From assembly GCF_964213995.1 (NCBI RefSeq), contig NW_027590205.1, forward strand, positions 62,001 through 126,000: a stretch of DNA of 64,000 nt, in the 5' to 3' direction. Below the pieces are notes generated by a model, which did not search any database, was not told where the DNA came from, and saw only the letters and a list, made by a program, of their open reading frames with translations. Both the position numbers and the translations under genes were made by a program. Shown piece by piece: positions 51,419 through 63,634 of the stretch (within the stretch, counting starts at the first letter, position 1; every line of letters starts with the position of its first letter). The DNA is from Mustelus asterias (taxonomy: Eukaryota).

Positions 51419-52115
51419 TGTTACGAATTCCATATGTTAGGTTATGACTAGACCCCAACAGTGTTTCTACTTGACATTAGTGTGAGGATAAGGTGTTTCG
51501 CTCCAGGTCTGATTCCATTGACACACAAGAAAGCGCTTATCAAAACTAACTTCATTTAACAATACAGTACAGTTTGACTATAACGAACGAATTAGTTTAA
51601 CTTTTCCCAATTGAAATGCTTAGCTTAACACGATGCAATTCACAGCCACTAATGCATCTCTATTAGTTCAAATTCAAGCAATATTCCTCTGATCGACTTG
51701 AACTCCTTTTCAAAATCAGTAGCAACCCCCTGCTTATGCGCTTGGACTTGTTAAAAGTGCTAAAACACCTCTGGAGAGAGAGGCAGACAGAGAGACAACT
51801 GACTTCTGCCAGCCCCACACAGCAGCCTTCAGAGAGAGAGACAGTGAGAGAGAAAATAGAGAGAGAGAGAGAGATGGACAGAGAGAGAAAGACCTCTTTC
51901 TTCTTTCAGGACCAAGCAGAAACTGACTGTTTTAAAATAAAATAAAGCATTGTGTTTTCCTTGCAAGCCCATTCACATGACCCTGCCTCTGCCAATCAAC
52001 CCAATCAAAGCCCTACTCTGAAACCACAGAGGAAAAACCAAAATAAACAAAAATGCATTAAATCAGATTAAAACAAACACATGCTTAGCTAAAATGAATC
52101 ATTTGCCCGCATTAA
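51419..52115. mobile_element. Possible LTR fragment
   Basis: Starts TGTTACG, AT-rich with a GA-rich tract; no clear far terminus or TSD. Confidence 0.35.
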
Positions 52116-52134
52116 CAGTATTCTCTGGGTTGGC

Positions 52135-53190
52135 CATAGAAGAGAGAGGGTAGCGGTGAAAGGGTGTTTTTTTTCTGAATGGAGGTCTGTAGCTCGTGGT
52201 GTTCCGCAGTGATCAGTGCTGGGACCTCTGCTGTTTGTAATATATATCTAAATGTCTTGGAAGTAAACGTAGCTGCTCTGATTAGCAAATTTGCGGATGA
52301 TACTAAGATTGGCAGAGTTGTGGATAGTGATGAAGATTGTCAGAGCATGTCACAGGATATAGATAAGCTGGAACAATGGGTGGAGAACTGGCAGATGGCA
52401 TTTAACCTGAACAAATGCGAGGTGATGCATTTTGGTTGATCCTTGAGTTGGGAGCCATAAAATAAATGGCAGAACCATCAGGAGCATAGACACACAGAGA
52501 GATTTGAGAGTAAGGTCCACAGATCCTTAGAAGTGGGAGCACAGGTGGAAAAGGTGGTAAAGAAAGCATATGGCATGCTTGCCTTTATCGGATGGGGCAT
52601 CGAGTATAAAAGTTGGCAAATTATGTTACAGTTGTATAAAACTTTGGTTAGGCTACATTTTGAATACTGTGTCCAATTCTGGTCACCACACTACCAGAAG
52701 GATGTGGAGGCTTTGGAGGGAGTGCAGAAAATGTTTACCAGGATGTTGCCTGGTATGGAGGGTATTAGCTATGAGGAGAGATTTAATAAACTGCGATTGT
52801 TCTCCCTGGAAAGACGCAGGCTGAGGGGCGATCTGATAGAAGTTTATAAAATTATGAAAGCTATAGATAGAGTGAACAGTTGGAACATTTTTCCCAGGGT
52901 AGACATGACAATTACAAGGGGGCAGCAACTTCAAGATACGGGGCGAAAGGTTCAGTGGAGATGCGTGGAGGAAGTTTCTTACACAGAGGGCGGTGGGGGT
53001 CTGGAATGCATTGCCAAGTGAGGTGGTTGAGGCAGCCACTCTAATAACATTTAAGACATATCTTGATAGGCACATGAAGAAACGGGGAATAGAACGATTT
53101 CAGCAGTTGGTCTAGATAGGACAACATGATCGGCACAGGCTCCGGAGGGCCGGTTGTTGTGCTGTACTGTCGTTTGTTCTTTGTTCTTTG
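52135..53190 (+). mobile_element. CR1 3' half
   Basis: ORFs 52179-52439 and 52533-53021 with FADDTKIG and EYCVQFWSPH; (GTTCTTT)n tail. Confidence 0.88.
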
Positions 53191-55157
53191 CGCAGACAAA
53201 TCGGCCCCCGTAAAACAGAGTTGAATTTTAAACATGCCTCTTACAAGAAACATGATAGAGATTAATTTCTTCAAGGCACAGTATCATTACTTGTTCCCCT
53301 CCAAATCACTCACCATTCCAACTTCTAAATATATCACTGTTTCTTAACTGTCGCGCGACGAAAATCCTGGAATTCTCTGCCTAACAGCACTGTGGGTGTA
53401 AACATCAGAAAATTAAATCTAATGGTGACCCAATTTGATTGCTACCAAAACCCACCTCTTTCACTCATGTACCTGTGTGGAAGGAGACCTGCTCTCTCTG
53501 CTTGGTTTATCCTTCTCGTGACTCAATATCCACAGCAAGTGATTGACTCTGGAATAGCCTCGCAAGACATTTATTTGAAGTGATGGGCAACAGGTAAGAA
53601 ATCCAGAGTTTTTCAGGAGAAACTATCTCGCACAAAGCGTGTTGAAAACGTGGAATTTCCTCTCACAAAACGTAATTTTGGCCAATTCCATGAATATATT
53701 CATGGGGAAGTAAGATGCACAGAAGGGCAAGTGAAGATTAGAATGATATCGGTGTGAGAGAAAGGCAGGCGAGAAGTGGCTCTTGTGGGGCTTCGACAGC
53801 AGCATAATATTTAGTACCTACACTTACCCTTTCAGCGCGTCGAGGCTGCTGCGCCATTTAACATGAGTGTGGTTGATCCGTGACTTCAAATCTACCGTCC
53901 TGTACGTTTCTATATCTTTTAATCCACCTAAAACACCTTGATTTGCGTTTCAGATGCATTCAACAACTGAACAGGCGTAGTTCCCTGGCGGTGGACAGTA
54001 GAAAGCACTGTACATCCCCTTCTAGCTTCTATGTGCCTCCCTCCCAGCTTGTATTCCCACCTGTCCTTGTAAAATGTACAAACCAAGATATATTATCATC
54101 TCGCTTTTCGTGTAACTCATTGATGGAGAATGCAAATAGCCTTAGCCATGAGCCTTACAGTGCACTGACTGGCAGCAATGGCCAACGTTAGCATCTCCCA
54201 TTCAAGGGGAGGAAGACACGGAGCGGTAAAGCTACTGGTTTAATAATTCTGGGATCATTCTCTGGGGAGCTGGGTTCGAACCTCAACACGGAAGCAGGTG
54301 GTTAAATTTCAGTTCAATAAAAAGCTGGAATTACAAGTTTAATGATGACCAGTAAAGCATTGTTGATTTTCTTTTTAAAAAAACAATCTGCATTTTGGAG
54401 AAGAATATCTGACATCCTTCCATCGCCTGGGCAACATGGGCCTCCAAAAAATGCCCCCGACAGGGTCTTGAAAGGCATCCTGTTAGAAGGTAGGCGCGGG
54501 GGGGGGGGGGGGGGGGGCGGGGGTGGCGAGTAACAGGTGATGGGCAATAAATGTTAGCCCAGACAGCGACGTCCACATCCCATTAATGAGTGAAAAATGT
54601 CCATGCTCTGCTTTCTACCCATTACCCTCGCCGTGCTAATATTGCCCTCCAACTGTACAATCACTCGTCTTGCCTATTGACGTCATGTTTGCTTGTTTAT
54701 TGAATGTATATTTGGAAATTCAAATCTACTGCCTCCCCTTGATCTATTTTGCGACTTGCAAACTCAAAGGTATTAATGCGTTTCTCAAAGTGAATTGCTT
54801 TTCGTAAAACCTGATGGACCATGCTATGATTTTCGAGGTGCTTTATTAAGACTGCCTCAATAACAGATTGCAGCTCTTTCCCGCCGGTTGACGTGAAGCT
54901 GAAGGGGGAAAAAGCTGTATAGTAGTTCCCTGTTTCATCCCCTTTCCCCTTCTTGCTTTTAGAGAAGTTTCAATAACTGCATGGGTAAGAGAGAGACACA
55001 TATAACGTTGTGTTGGACGGTTGGGTGAAGGAGGTTCAGAACGTTCCGTTGGCCTTTAACAACGACATGGATCAGTTAGTTCGAATGTCATGTACAATTT
55101 ATGCAATTGTCTGGAAAGTACAATGCATTTAAGTGAACTTGTAACTTGTTGATTTTC

Positions 55158-55291
55158 GTAGTCTTGATTCTGGGTTCCATTGAAATCAGTAACACAAACA
55201 TGACTTTGCATTTCAGACAGGTTCCCTAACATTCGAACACATACACAGCAATGGATTCATTTGCACACTGAAGTAATACTTTAAATATTCT
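55158..55291 (+). repeat. Left arm of a ~135-bp inverted repeat (partner 57434-57567)
   Basis: ATTCTGGGTTCCATTGAAAT..GTAACACAAACATGACTTTGCATTTCAGACAGGTTCCCTA..ATGGATTCATTTGCACACTGAAGT matches the reverse complement of 57434-57567. Confidence 0.9.
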
Positions 55292-55377
55292 CTGGTGGTA
55301 GCCTGATGGCAAAGATTCATAGAAAGAAATTTAACAACACCAGGTTAAAGTCCAACAGGTTTATTTGGTAGCAAATG

Positions 55378-55414
55378 CCACTAGCTTTCGGAGCGCTGCC
55401 CCTTCGTCAGGTGG
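55378..55414 (-). ncRNA. Minimal type I hammerhead ribozyme in a Penelope-like terminal fragment (55328-55435)
   Basis: Minus strand CCAC-CTGACGA-A-GGGGC-AGC-GCTCC-GAAA-GCTA-GTGG: core motifs, stem I CCAC/GTGG, stem II, palindromic AGCT; followed by AATAAA. Confidence 0.75.
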
Positions 55415-56340
55415 AGTGGAGAAATGCTCACAAACATACCGTTCATAGAGAAGGAACGGAGACAGTGCAGAATGCATTTTTACAGTCATAGACTAAGTTC
55501 AACTTAGTGCAAGGTAAGTCCATTCAAGAGTCTGATTGGAGCAGGAAAGAAGGTGTTCTTGAGTCGGTTGTTATGTGTCCTCAAACTTTTGTATTCCTTT
55601 CCCGACGGAAGAAATTGGAAGAGAGTACATCCGGGGTGTGTGGGTTCCTTGATTATGCTGGCTGCTTTTTCGAGGCAGCAGGAAGTGTAGACTGTTTCAA
55701 TGGATGGGAGGCTGGTTTGCTTGACCGACTGGGCTTCGTTCATGGCCCTTTGTAGTTCGAATCCATTCAGTTCAGGGCAATTGGGAATGTCAGCGACAAA
55801 GTCATTCCATTACATACTTAGTAAAAACCAAAACCATATTGGCTTCTGGGTAAACATCGGGATTCCCGTCATTCTCATCAAATCCCTCGATACTTGCTCT
55901 TCTCACCATCTTTGTAACCTTCTCCAACCTGTATGCCTTTCAGTCTGTTGTTGCTCCAGTTTTAGCCTTTTGAAAGTGTCCGTAATTCCTCTGGGCCCCT
56001 CAATCCGCGAGCGTGCCTTCAAGAGCCTTGTACCTGAGCTGGAGAATTCTCGACGTTAACCACTCACCGCCGCCCCCGTCCACCTGCTCTGTTTACCTAC
56101 CTCCATTCCTTTAACAATGTTCCTGAAATCTTACCTCACCCTCAAAACATCCTGCTGGTCATCTAACCCCATAGCTTCTCTGTGCAAAATATTTTTTTAG
56201 CCAGCGCTCGTGTGAAATCCTATGGACCGTTTTACTCGGGTTTTATAGGAGTGGAATTGATGTCTGCATTTATCAGCGAGATTCTGCTCTCGGAGGTGAC
56301 GTTATACATCTGAAAGCAGCAGCAGCAACAGCTGCTGACG

Positions 56341-56425
56341 AGTTTTTGTGCTGGCATGTATCACTGTGGGGGATATACGGTGGAGCCACAGTAGCTGAAT
56401 CTCCCTTAACGCCCGTACAATAACC
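56341..56425 (+). other. TRDD: TCR D segment GGGGATATACGGTGGAGC (56369-56386) with 5' 12-RSS and 3' 23-RSS
   Basis: AGTTTTTGT, 12 nt, CACTGTG, D, CACAGTA, 23 nt, ACAATAACC; GGGGATA core resembles vertebrate D-delta. Confidence 0.93.
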
Positions 56426-56635
56426 TCCCAGCCTCACAGGAGTGCACCAACCTCTCTCAATAGCACCCCTCTCAGCCCACTCCCAGCCGCTGACCCCCAT
56501 CCCCACCGTGATGTTGACCGAGTTTATCATATTACTGGTCTGACCCAACCCTAATCAAATCAGTCGGACACACGACAGAGAGAAAGGGTGGTGAACGGGA
56601 CCGCAATAGATCTTCTTATTGGATCAAACCCTGTG

Positions 56636-56695
56636 CAACATATGAAAAGGCTAAGCTCATCTTTGGCAACGGGACCAGGCTGATTGTGGAACCCA
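56636..56695 (+). CDS. TCR J segment 1
   Basis: TYEKAKLIFGNGTRLIVEP; heptamer CCCTGTG with a weak nonamer; donor GTAAGT. Confidence 0.9.
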
Positions 56696-57433
56696 GTAAG
56701 TAACTAATCCTGGATAATGATCTCTCAACATGTTATTTTATCCCCTGTGACTTAATTGAGACATACAATTATTTTAATGATCACTGTTGTTTTATGGATG
56801 AGCAGGGATCTTTGGGAATTGGAAGCGTAGCTTGACTGGGCACTTAGATTTTCCGAAGTATTTCCTTTAAACATTTAACTGGCCTCTATCATGACAACAC
56901 AAGTGCGCTGCCAACAGTGAGATATGTCAATGATCTGGCTGTATGTAGTGCAATTAAGTGACACCTCGATAAATAGCTGGAAGAGACTCACCCAGATAGA
57001 GTCATAGGGTCATAGAAGGAGACAGCACTGGAAAAAGCCCTTCAGCGTAATGAGTGGCATAGATAGAGAAGACAGGAAGATACTTTTCCCGTTACTTGAG
57101 AGAGCAGAGAGCAGCCAGGGACATAGATTTAAGGTAGGGGCAGGAGATTTAGCGGGGATGTGAAGAAAACGTTTTGACCCAAAGGGTGATGGGCGTCTGG
57201 GACTCACTGCCTGAAATGGTGATGGAGGCCGAGACCCTCTCAACATTTAAGAAGTATTTAGATATACATTTGTGATGTCATATCATACACGGCAATGGGC
57301 CAAGTGCTGGAAAATGGGATTAGAATAGTTATTTGGTTTGTCTTTGACCGGCGGAGACATGATAGGCCCAAGGGCGTTTTCTGTGCAGTGGACTTCTCTG
57401 ACTTTATGAATCTTTGCCTCAGACTATGAATAA

Positions 57434-57567
57434 AGAATATTTCAAATATCACTTCAGTGTGCAAATGAATCCATTATTGTGTATGAATTCTAGTGGTAGG
57501 GAACCTGTCTGAAATGCAAAGTCATGTTTGTGTTACCTATTTCAATGGAACCCAGAATTAGGACTGC
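57434..57567 (-). repeat. Right arm of the inverted repeat
   Basis: Reverse complement of 55158-55291 with scattered mismatches. Confidence 0.9.
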
Positions 57568-58032
57568 AATCATCTATGCAGCCTTCTGGCATCAAAATCA
57601 CAGTTCTGAGTTACACTTATAAAGGTGGGGTGAGTTGGGATTGGGGGGAGGGGGTGGGTTGGGGCTCAATGGTGTAGATTTCCTTTAGTTCCAATACTGA
57701 ACGAAATCCCAAAAGCAGCATTTTTGTATGGATTTGAAAATTCCGTTCGAAAGTGAGCCAGGGAATTCTCTGCACGTGTTACCTCGCTTGGATGTGTACA
57801 TTGAGAACTCCCAGCCAGTCACGCTCTGACTTATTTTCCTGGGAAATTAAGAGATGGATGACTTGGAAGATTGTAAAGGTTTCTGACTAACTTTTGATCC
57901 AAACAAACTGCAGGAAATAGTATTCTGTAGCGAGACCTGCTTAACTGCCCTGAGCAATGACTAAAGCCCTTTTTGAATTTTGGCATGCATGCTCCATGTC
58001 TTTAGGTTCTGACATGGAGAGTAATCGCAGTG

Positions 58033-58096
58033 TACGCTCGTGCTTCTTACAGACCATTAATATGCGGTGGTGGAACCAAATTGAGCGTGGAGCCAA
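58033..58096 (+). CDS. TCR J segment 2 (CGGG in place of FGxG)
   Basis: YARASYRPLICGGGTKLSVEP; GGTTCTGAC, 12 nt, CGCAGTG; donor GTGAGT. Confidence 0.8.
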
Positions 58097-58125
58097 GTGA
58101 GTAGAATCTATTGGCATCAATTACG

Positions 58126-58460
58126 GGTGGCACGGTGGCACAGTGGTTAGCACTGCTGCCTCACAGCTCCAGCAATCCAGGTTCGAATCCAGGCTTGGGT
58201 TACTGTCTGTGTGGAGGTTGCACGTTCTCCCCGTGTCTGCGTGGGTTTCCGCCAGATTCTCTGGTTCCTCTCACAGTCCAAAGATGTGCGGGCTATTTTT
58301 ATTGGTCATGCTGAATTGCCCATTAGTGTCAGGGAATGTGTAGGTTAGAGGGATTAGTGGGGTAAATTTGTGGGAATAGGTCCTGGGGTGGGATTGTTGT
58401 CGGTGCAGACTCGATGGGCCGAATGGCCTCCTTCTACACTGTAGGGATTCTATGATCTAT
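58126..58460 (+). mobile_element. HE1-like SINE
   Basis: Full head, body and ATTCTATGATCTATG tail. Confidence 0.85.
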
Positions 58461-58954
58461 GAATTTGAGAAGATTCATTTTGCACTCAGAAGTTTTTGGC
58501 CTCATTGCAAAAGTGGGGAGAAAATTTGCCATTGTGACAAACGAACCTGATGAATTATACAATGATGAAGGAATGTGTCCTTTTCCACTTGCACATAAAG
58601 AAGTTCCTCACACAACTAAGTATCTCACACGTACCAACTATTGATACCACAATACTTCAAAGAATAGTGATCCAACTTTTTTTTAAAAAAGAAAACAATA
58701 TTTCCTAATGCCAGACTGATTCCGGGATAGCAGGATTATTAGCTTTGTTTCTCTCTCTACACGTGCTGCCAGACGTACACAGTTTATCCAGAATTGTCTC
58801 TTTCTAATTTGCTATTTAATCGGTCGCACCTGTTTTGAGGGCAGATCGGTCATAAAATTATGCTAAGAGCATGTACTCCCCAGGGTTTTGAAATAGCTGA
58901 AGTCTCTGTGGCCTGCCCCAGTGGAAGCTTTCTGCTTGGGCAATAGTCACTGTG

Positions 58955-59017
58955 TGTATATTGCTGATAATGAAAAACTGATATTCGGCAGCGGCACCCG
59001 ACTGCAGGTTGTGCCAA
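58955..59017 (+). CDS. TCR J segment 3
   Basis: YIADNEKLIFGSGTRLQVVP; GCTTTCTGC, 12 nt, CACTGTG; donor GTAAGT. Confidence 0.92.
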
Positions 59018-60577
59018 GTAAGTGCGAGTCCACCTTCATTTCCTCCCATTAGATACAGATTTCTGCTGAATGGTGTCGGGTGAAAGGCCGGTAAAGAGCC
59101 AAGGCAGTGCTTGGAATGAAGGAGAAGCCATTGCACCAATCAATTAAGCTATTAGGCACCGAGTATCGAGTTCAGCTCACTGTTCATTAAGCCGTGTCAT
59201 CAACACCAGTTGAAACATTAGGCATCAGTGATGTGACATCGAACTGAAATTGGGTTACTAATAGGATAGAAAATGCCCATTTAGCAGGTTGAGTCAAATG
59301 CCCACTGATTTGAGTAATTATCTACATATATTTCATTTTCAAGCTTGTCTTTGTTAAAACTAATAATCTTGCTAAAACTATACAAGGTACGATTTAGACC
59401 ACATCTGGAACACTGTCCCCTTACATTAGGAAACCTATACTGGCATTGGAGGCAGTTCAGGGAAGGCCACTCCTTTGATCCCAGGTATGGATATGTTTTT
59501 TCGGAGAGTTTGAGTATGTTGGGCCTCTACTTAGTGGAGTTTAGAAGCATGCGATGTGACCTTATTGAGACTTATTGGATTCTCAGGGGACATGACAAGG
59601 TTAGATGCTGAGACGTTATTACCTCTTGTAGGACCAGAGGTCATAATCCCAAAGTATGAGGTTGCCCATTTATATGATGAAGATTTTCTTCTTTCAAGCC
59701 AGCAGTGAATCTGTGGAATCATTTACCGCAGAGAGCTGTACAGGTTGAATGTTCAGATTTTTAACCCACAGGGCAATCGAGGGTTACGAGGATACAACGG
59801 GAAAGAGGTATTCAGAATTATCACATCAGCTAATTCATGATCTCATTGAATGACCGATGGGCCAAATGGCATCCTTCTGCCCCGTCGTCCTATGGTCTCC
59901 GGTCTTTGTTAAACTGCTGACACGAATGCATGCTTGAAATAAGGCTTCAAAGTGAAATGTTGGTCAACGATTATCAACAACAGGTTGATGTTTTGAACCA
60001 GGTGTTATAGTTCAAATTAAAGGGTCACTCCTTTAAAGACAGATATGAGGAGACTTTTTTCTCTCTTAAAGAGTAGTGAGTCTCGTCATCTCTCTTCTTC
60101 AAACATCAAGGGGAACAGGGCCTTTGATTATTTTAAACACAGCTAGATAGATTCTTGATTAACAAGGGATAAACGGTGATCGGGAGTAGGCAGGAATGTG
60201 GGGGTGAGGTTACAATCAGATCAGTCATGATCTTACTGAATAGCGGTTAGGCTGGAGTGGCCAGTGCCTTACTCCGACTCCCACTTTGCATGTTCGTATG
60301 TGTTGATGTCAAACTTTTTTCCCAGGATTTGTGTCTCCTGGGTGTTCAGGGAGAAGTACCGGTGAAGATGGAAATTGTGAAACACAGTCAATTCATTATC
60401 CAAATATTGTTCCCTGATATAGTCAAAAAAACAGTGGGAGCTAAGTGTGAGGGAGAGGGAGGGAACGGTTATATTTGGTTCAGGAGAGAAGCTAATTAAA
60501 AGAAGTGACACGAAACAAACTGAATGTGAGCTAGCCCTGTGTTCATATGGCTGGGTCGATATTTTGTAGTAGCTGTT

Positions 60578-60634
60578 ACTACCGAACTGAGAAGCTTGTC
60601 TTTGGCAAAGGGACCAAACTCACTGTGGAGCCCA
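60578..60634 (+). CDS. TCR J segment 4 (coding intact, heptamer not recognisable)
   Basis: YRTEKLVFGKGTKLTVEP and donor GTAAGT; 5' boundary approximate. Confidence 0.8.
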
Positions 60635-61296
60635 GTAAGTCCTCAACTATCTTCCATCATGATCTGCTTACATTAGGATGACAATCAATATTTACAGTTC
60701 CAAACATATCACCAAGTCGTGTTTTTAAAAAAAATCAGTACACGCTTAAAGGGAGGAGATGCAATATAATGGCCATTCATAACTTGGGGAGGTCTTGTGG
60801 TGCAATGGGCTAGAATCCCTACCTCTGAGCTAGAAACGCCGGGTCCGAGTCCCTACCCTTGGACTTGATGAACAAGAAAGGTGAGAAAGCAACGCTGCCA
60901 AAGATTGGGAGTGAGAGGGAGACTCCTGCTCAGCCACGCTTGATGTGTAGTATGGCTCTCTCAAGCTCTAAACCCTTCGCAAAAGCCGAGCGACGTGTTG
61001 CAGCAATAGCTATCACTGAAGGCAGAAGAATTCTGCCTAAATGCACCACTCGGTGCGGAGAGGCAACTTGGCTTTAAATTTGGCCTTGGATGTGCTTAGC
61101 TTTGTAGAATGTTATCAGATGTATTGTTCATCTCTTGGCGATAGATAATTTTTAAGGTTTACCATTCGCACATCATGGCAGTTGTTGAGGTTCCCACTGA
61201 CATCAGTGAATATGCCAGTGTCCTTGCTGTGTATACTGGATGGAATCTGAATGAGCTGATGCACTGGTAGCTTTCTGCTGGTAACTAGTCACGGTG

Positions 61297-61362
61297 CTCA
61301 TTACTATGACGGTACTTATAAACTCGTCTTTGGCTACGGGAAACAACTGAATGTTGTGCCAA
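61297..61362 (+). pseudogene. TCR J segment 5 with defective donor
   Basis: HYYDGTYKLVFGYGKQLNVVP; AGCTTTCTG, 12 nt, CACGGTG; donor reads ATAAGT. Confidence 0.85.
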
Positions 61363-61979
61363 ATAAGTGCCAGGTGATTTCTCTTTACCCTTCGATGGAT
61401 ATTTCTGCAGAATCCATGTCTGGCGAATGGTGACAAAGAGGGAAAGTAACGCTTAAAATTAAAAACAAGCTGTTAGATGGATTTATGTATCATTAGATAA
61501 TTAATTAGAACGATAGAGATCCAGAGGATATAATCAGTAAATTCGTAGATGATACACAAATTGGTGGTGTGGTAAATAGCGAGGAGGAAAGCCTTACATT
61601 ACAGGTCGATATTGAAGGACTGGTCAAATGGGCAGAGCAGTGGAAAATTGAAATTTAACTCTAAAAAGTGTAAGCTGATGTATTTTGGGAGGACTAACAG
61701 GGCCAGGGAATATACAGAAGTTAATTGAAACTGCATGGAAGGAAAGTTAAACTGCTAGCTATGTCTTGTACTTTTTGAAATAGAGTACAGCAAATAAAGC
61801 AAAAGGGTTCAATGGGGATGGATTTCAGGGAGAGGAATAGTTCTATTTTTGCTTTGGAGATCACCTGGCATTACAATTTGAATCCCAATCTATGGTCAAA
61901 TCACCAGGTCAAGCAGGTCAAAAACAACCTCTTGCAATACTGTCAGCACGGGAGTTACGGATTTGTGGAGCATCTTCCA

Positions 61980-62598
61980 TGATTGGCCAGAACATTGAAT
62001 ACAGGAGTTGGGACGTTTTGTTGAAGTTGTACAAGACATTGGTAAGGCCACATTTGGAATACTGTGTACAATTCTGGTCACCCGATTATAGAAAGTATAT
62101 TATTAAACTAGAAAGAGTGCAGAAAAGATTTACTAGGATGCGACCGGGACTTGATGGTTTGAGGCTGGATAGACTGGGACTTTTTTATCTGGAGTGTAGA
62201 AGATTGAGGTGTGATCTTTAGCGGTTAATAAAATAATGAGGGGTATAGATCAGCTCGATAGTCAGTTTCTTTCCCCAAAGGTAGGGACGTCTAAAACTAG
62301 AGGGCATAGGTTTATGGTGAGAGGGGCGAGATACAAATGTGTCCAGAGCGGCAATTATTTCACGCAGAGGGTGGTGAATGTCTGGAACAAGCTGCCAGAG
62401 GTAGTAGTAGAGGCGGGTACAATTTTGTCTTTTAGAAAGCATTTAGACAGTTATATTGGTAAGATGGGTACAGAGGAATATGGGCCAAATGCAGGCAATT
62501 GGGATTAGCTTAGGGGTTTAAAAAAAGGCTTCATAGACAAGTTAGGCCGAAGGGCCTGTTTCCATGCTGTAAACCTCTATGAATCTCTGACTCTATGA
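61980..62598 (+). mobile_element. CR1 3' fragment abutting pseudo-J6
   Basis: RPHLEYCVQFWSP and FTQRVVNVWNKLP; tail GACTCTATGA. Confidence 0.85.
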
Positions 62599-62599
62599 T

Positions 62600-62663
62600 T
62601 GTATCATCCCCACATCTGAAAGGCCGATCCTTGGTACTTGAACAAAACTCACTGTGGAACCTC
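62600..62663 (+). pseudogene. TCR pseudo-J 6
   Basis: SERPILGT*TKLTVEP; stop at the second Gly position; donor GCATGC; no RSS. Confidence 0.7.
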
Positions 62664-62960
62664 GCATGCATCCTCACAAAGTGCAATGGTCTCACCCAGC
62701 ATTTACAGAAAATCTGAACCATATTTGCTGAGATTGTAAAGTGGATAGAAATATATGACATATGGAGCTAACAGGCAAGGAGTGGGAATTAAATGTAAAT
62801 TGGTGGATGGGGCGAACATATTTATTTCAGGATATAACCTGCCCTGGCTATTGAAGTCAGCAGAATCTGAAATTGAACTCAAAACTCAAACTCAGGATAA
62901 ATAAAATATAAATGAATCTTATATTTCTGCTCAGGTGTTTGTACTTTTTGCCGCATTATG

Positions 62961-63030
62961 TACACATGTACTAGCACCAGAACTTTGAATCTTATCTTTG
63001 GCAGAGGAAACAAATTCACTGCGCAATCCA
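62961..63030 (+). pseudogene. TCR pseudo-J 7
   Basis: TSTRTLNLIFGRGNKFTAQS; heptamer CATTATG; donor ATAAGT. Confidence 0.75.
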
Positions 63031-63564
63031 ATAAGTGGTTTTAAATTTTCAGTTTGGACCTGGTTAGAGTATGAGTAACTGAAGTTACCTCGTTTTTTTG
63101 TTGCGTAGGAAATGGGCATTGCTGGCTAGGCCAGCACTTACATAGCCTGTCCCTCAATGTGGAAGGCAGTGGTGAGCTGCCTTCTTGAACCTGCTGCACT
63201 CGTCCATGTGTTGTGTGTATCATTCCATTCCTGCCTACAAAACATTTCCATTCTGTACAGAGATTGTGGGGAGTGTGGTGGCCAATGGCTACTTGAAGTT
63301 AGCAAGTGCATTAAGTTTCTGACCATTCTTTCCCTCAAAGTTCCTTTTTGCACGATGCAAGTAAATAATTTATTGACCTATTACGTTCAAATGGGTGGGA
63401 AGTGAGGGGGGAGACATTTATATTTTTCGCTGGATATAACCTGCCCTGGCTATTGAAGTCAGCAAAATCTGAAATTGAATTCAAACTCAAACTTAGGAGA
63501 CATATAATATAAATAAATCATTCTTCTGCTCATGTGGTTGGGTTTAGTTTTTTGTCCCATTGTG

Positions 63565-63634
63565 TACAGATGTGCTGGCACCAGAACTTTGTAACTTGTC
63601 TTTGGCAGAGGCAACAAATTCACTTTGCGACCCA
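63565..63634 (+). pseudogene. TCR pseudo-J 8 (duplicate of J7)
   Basis: AGTRTL*LVFGRGNKFTLRP; heptamer CATTGTG; donor ATAAGA. Confidence 0.75.

Noticed and set aside
60450-60504. TVIFGSGEKLIKR J-like stretch
   Set aside because: No nonamer, poor donor and wrong length after FGxG; could be chance or an extremely decayed J
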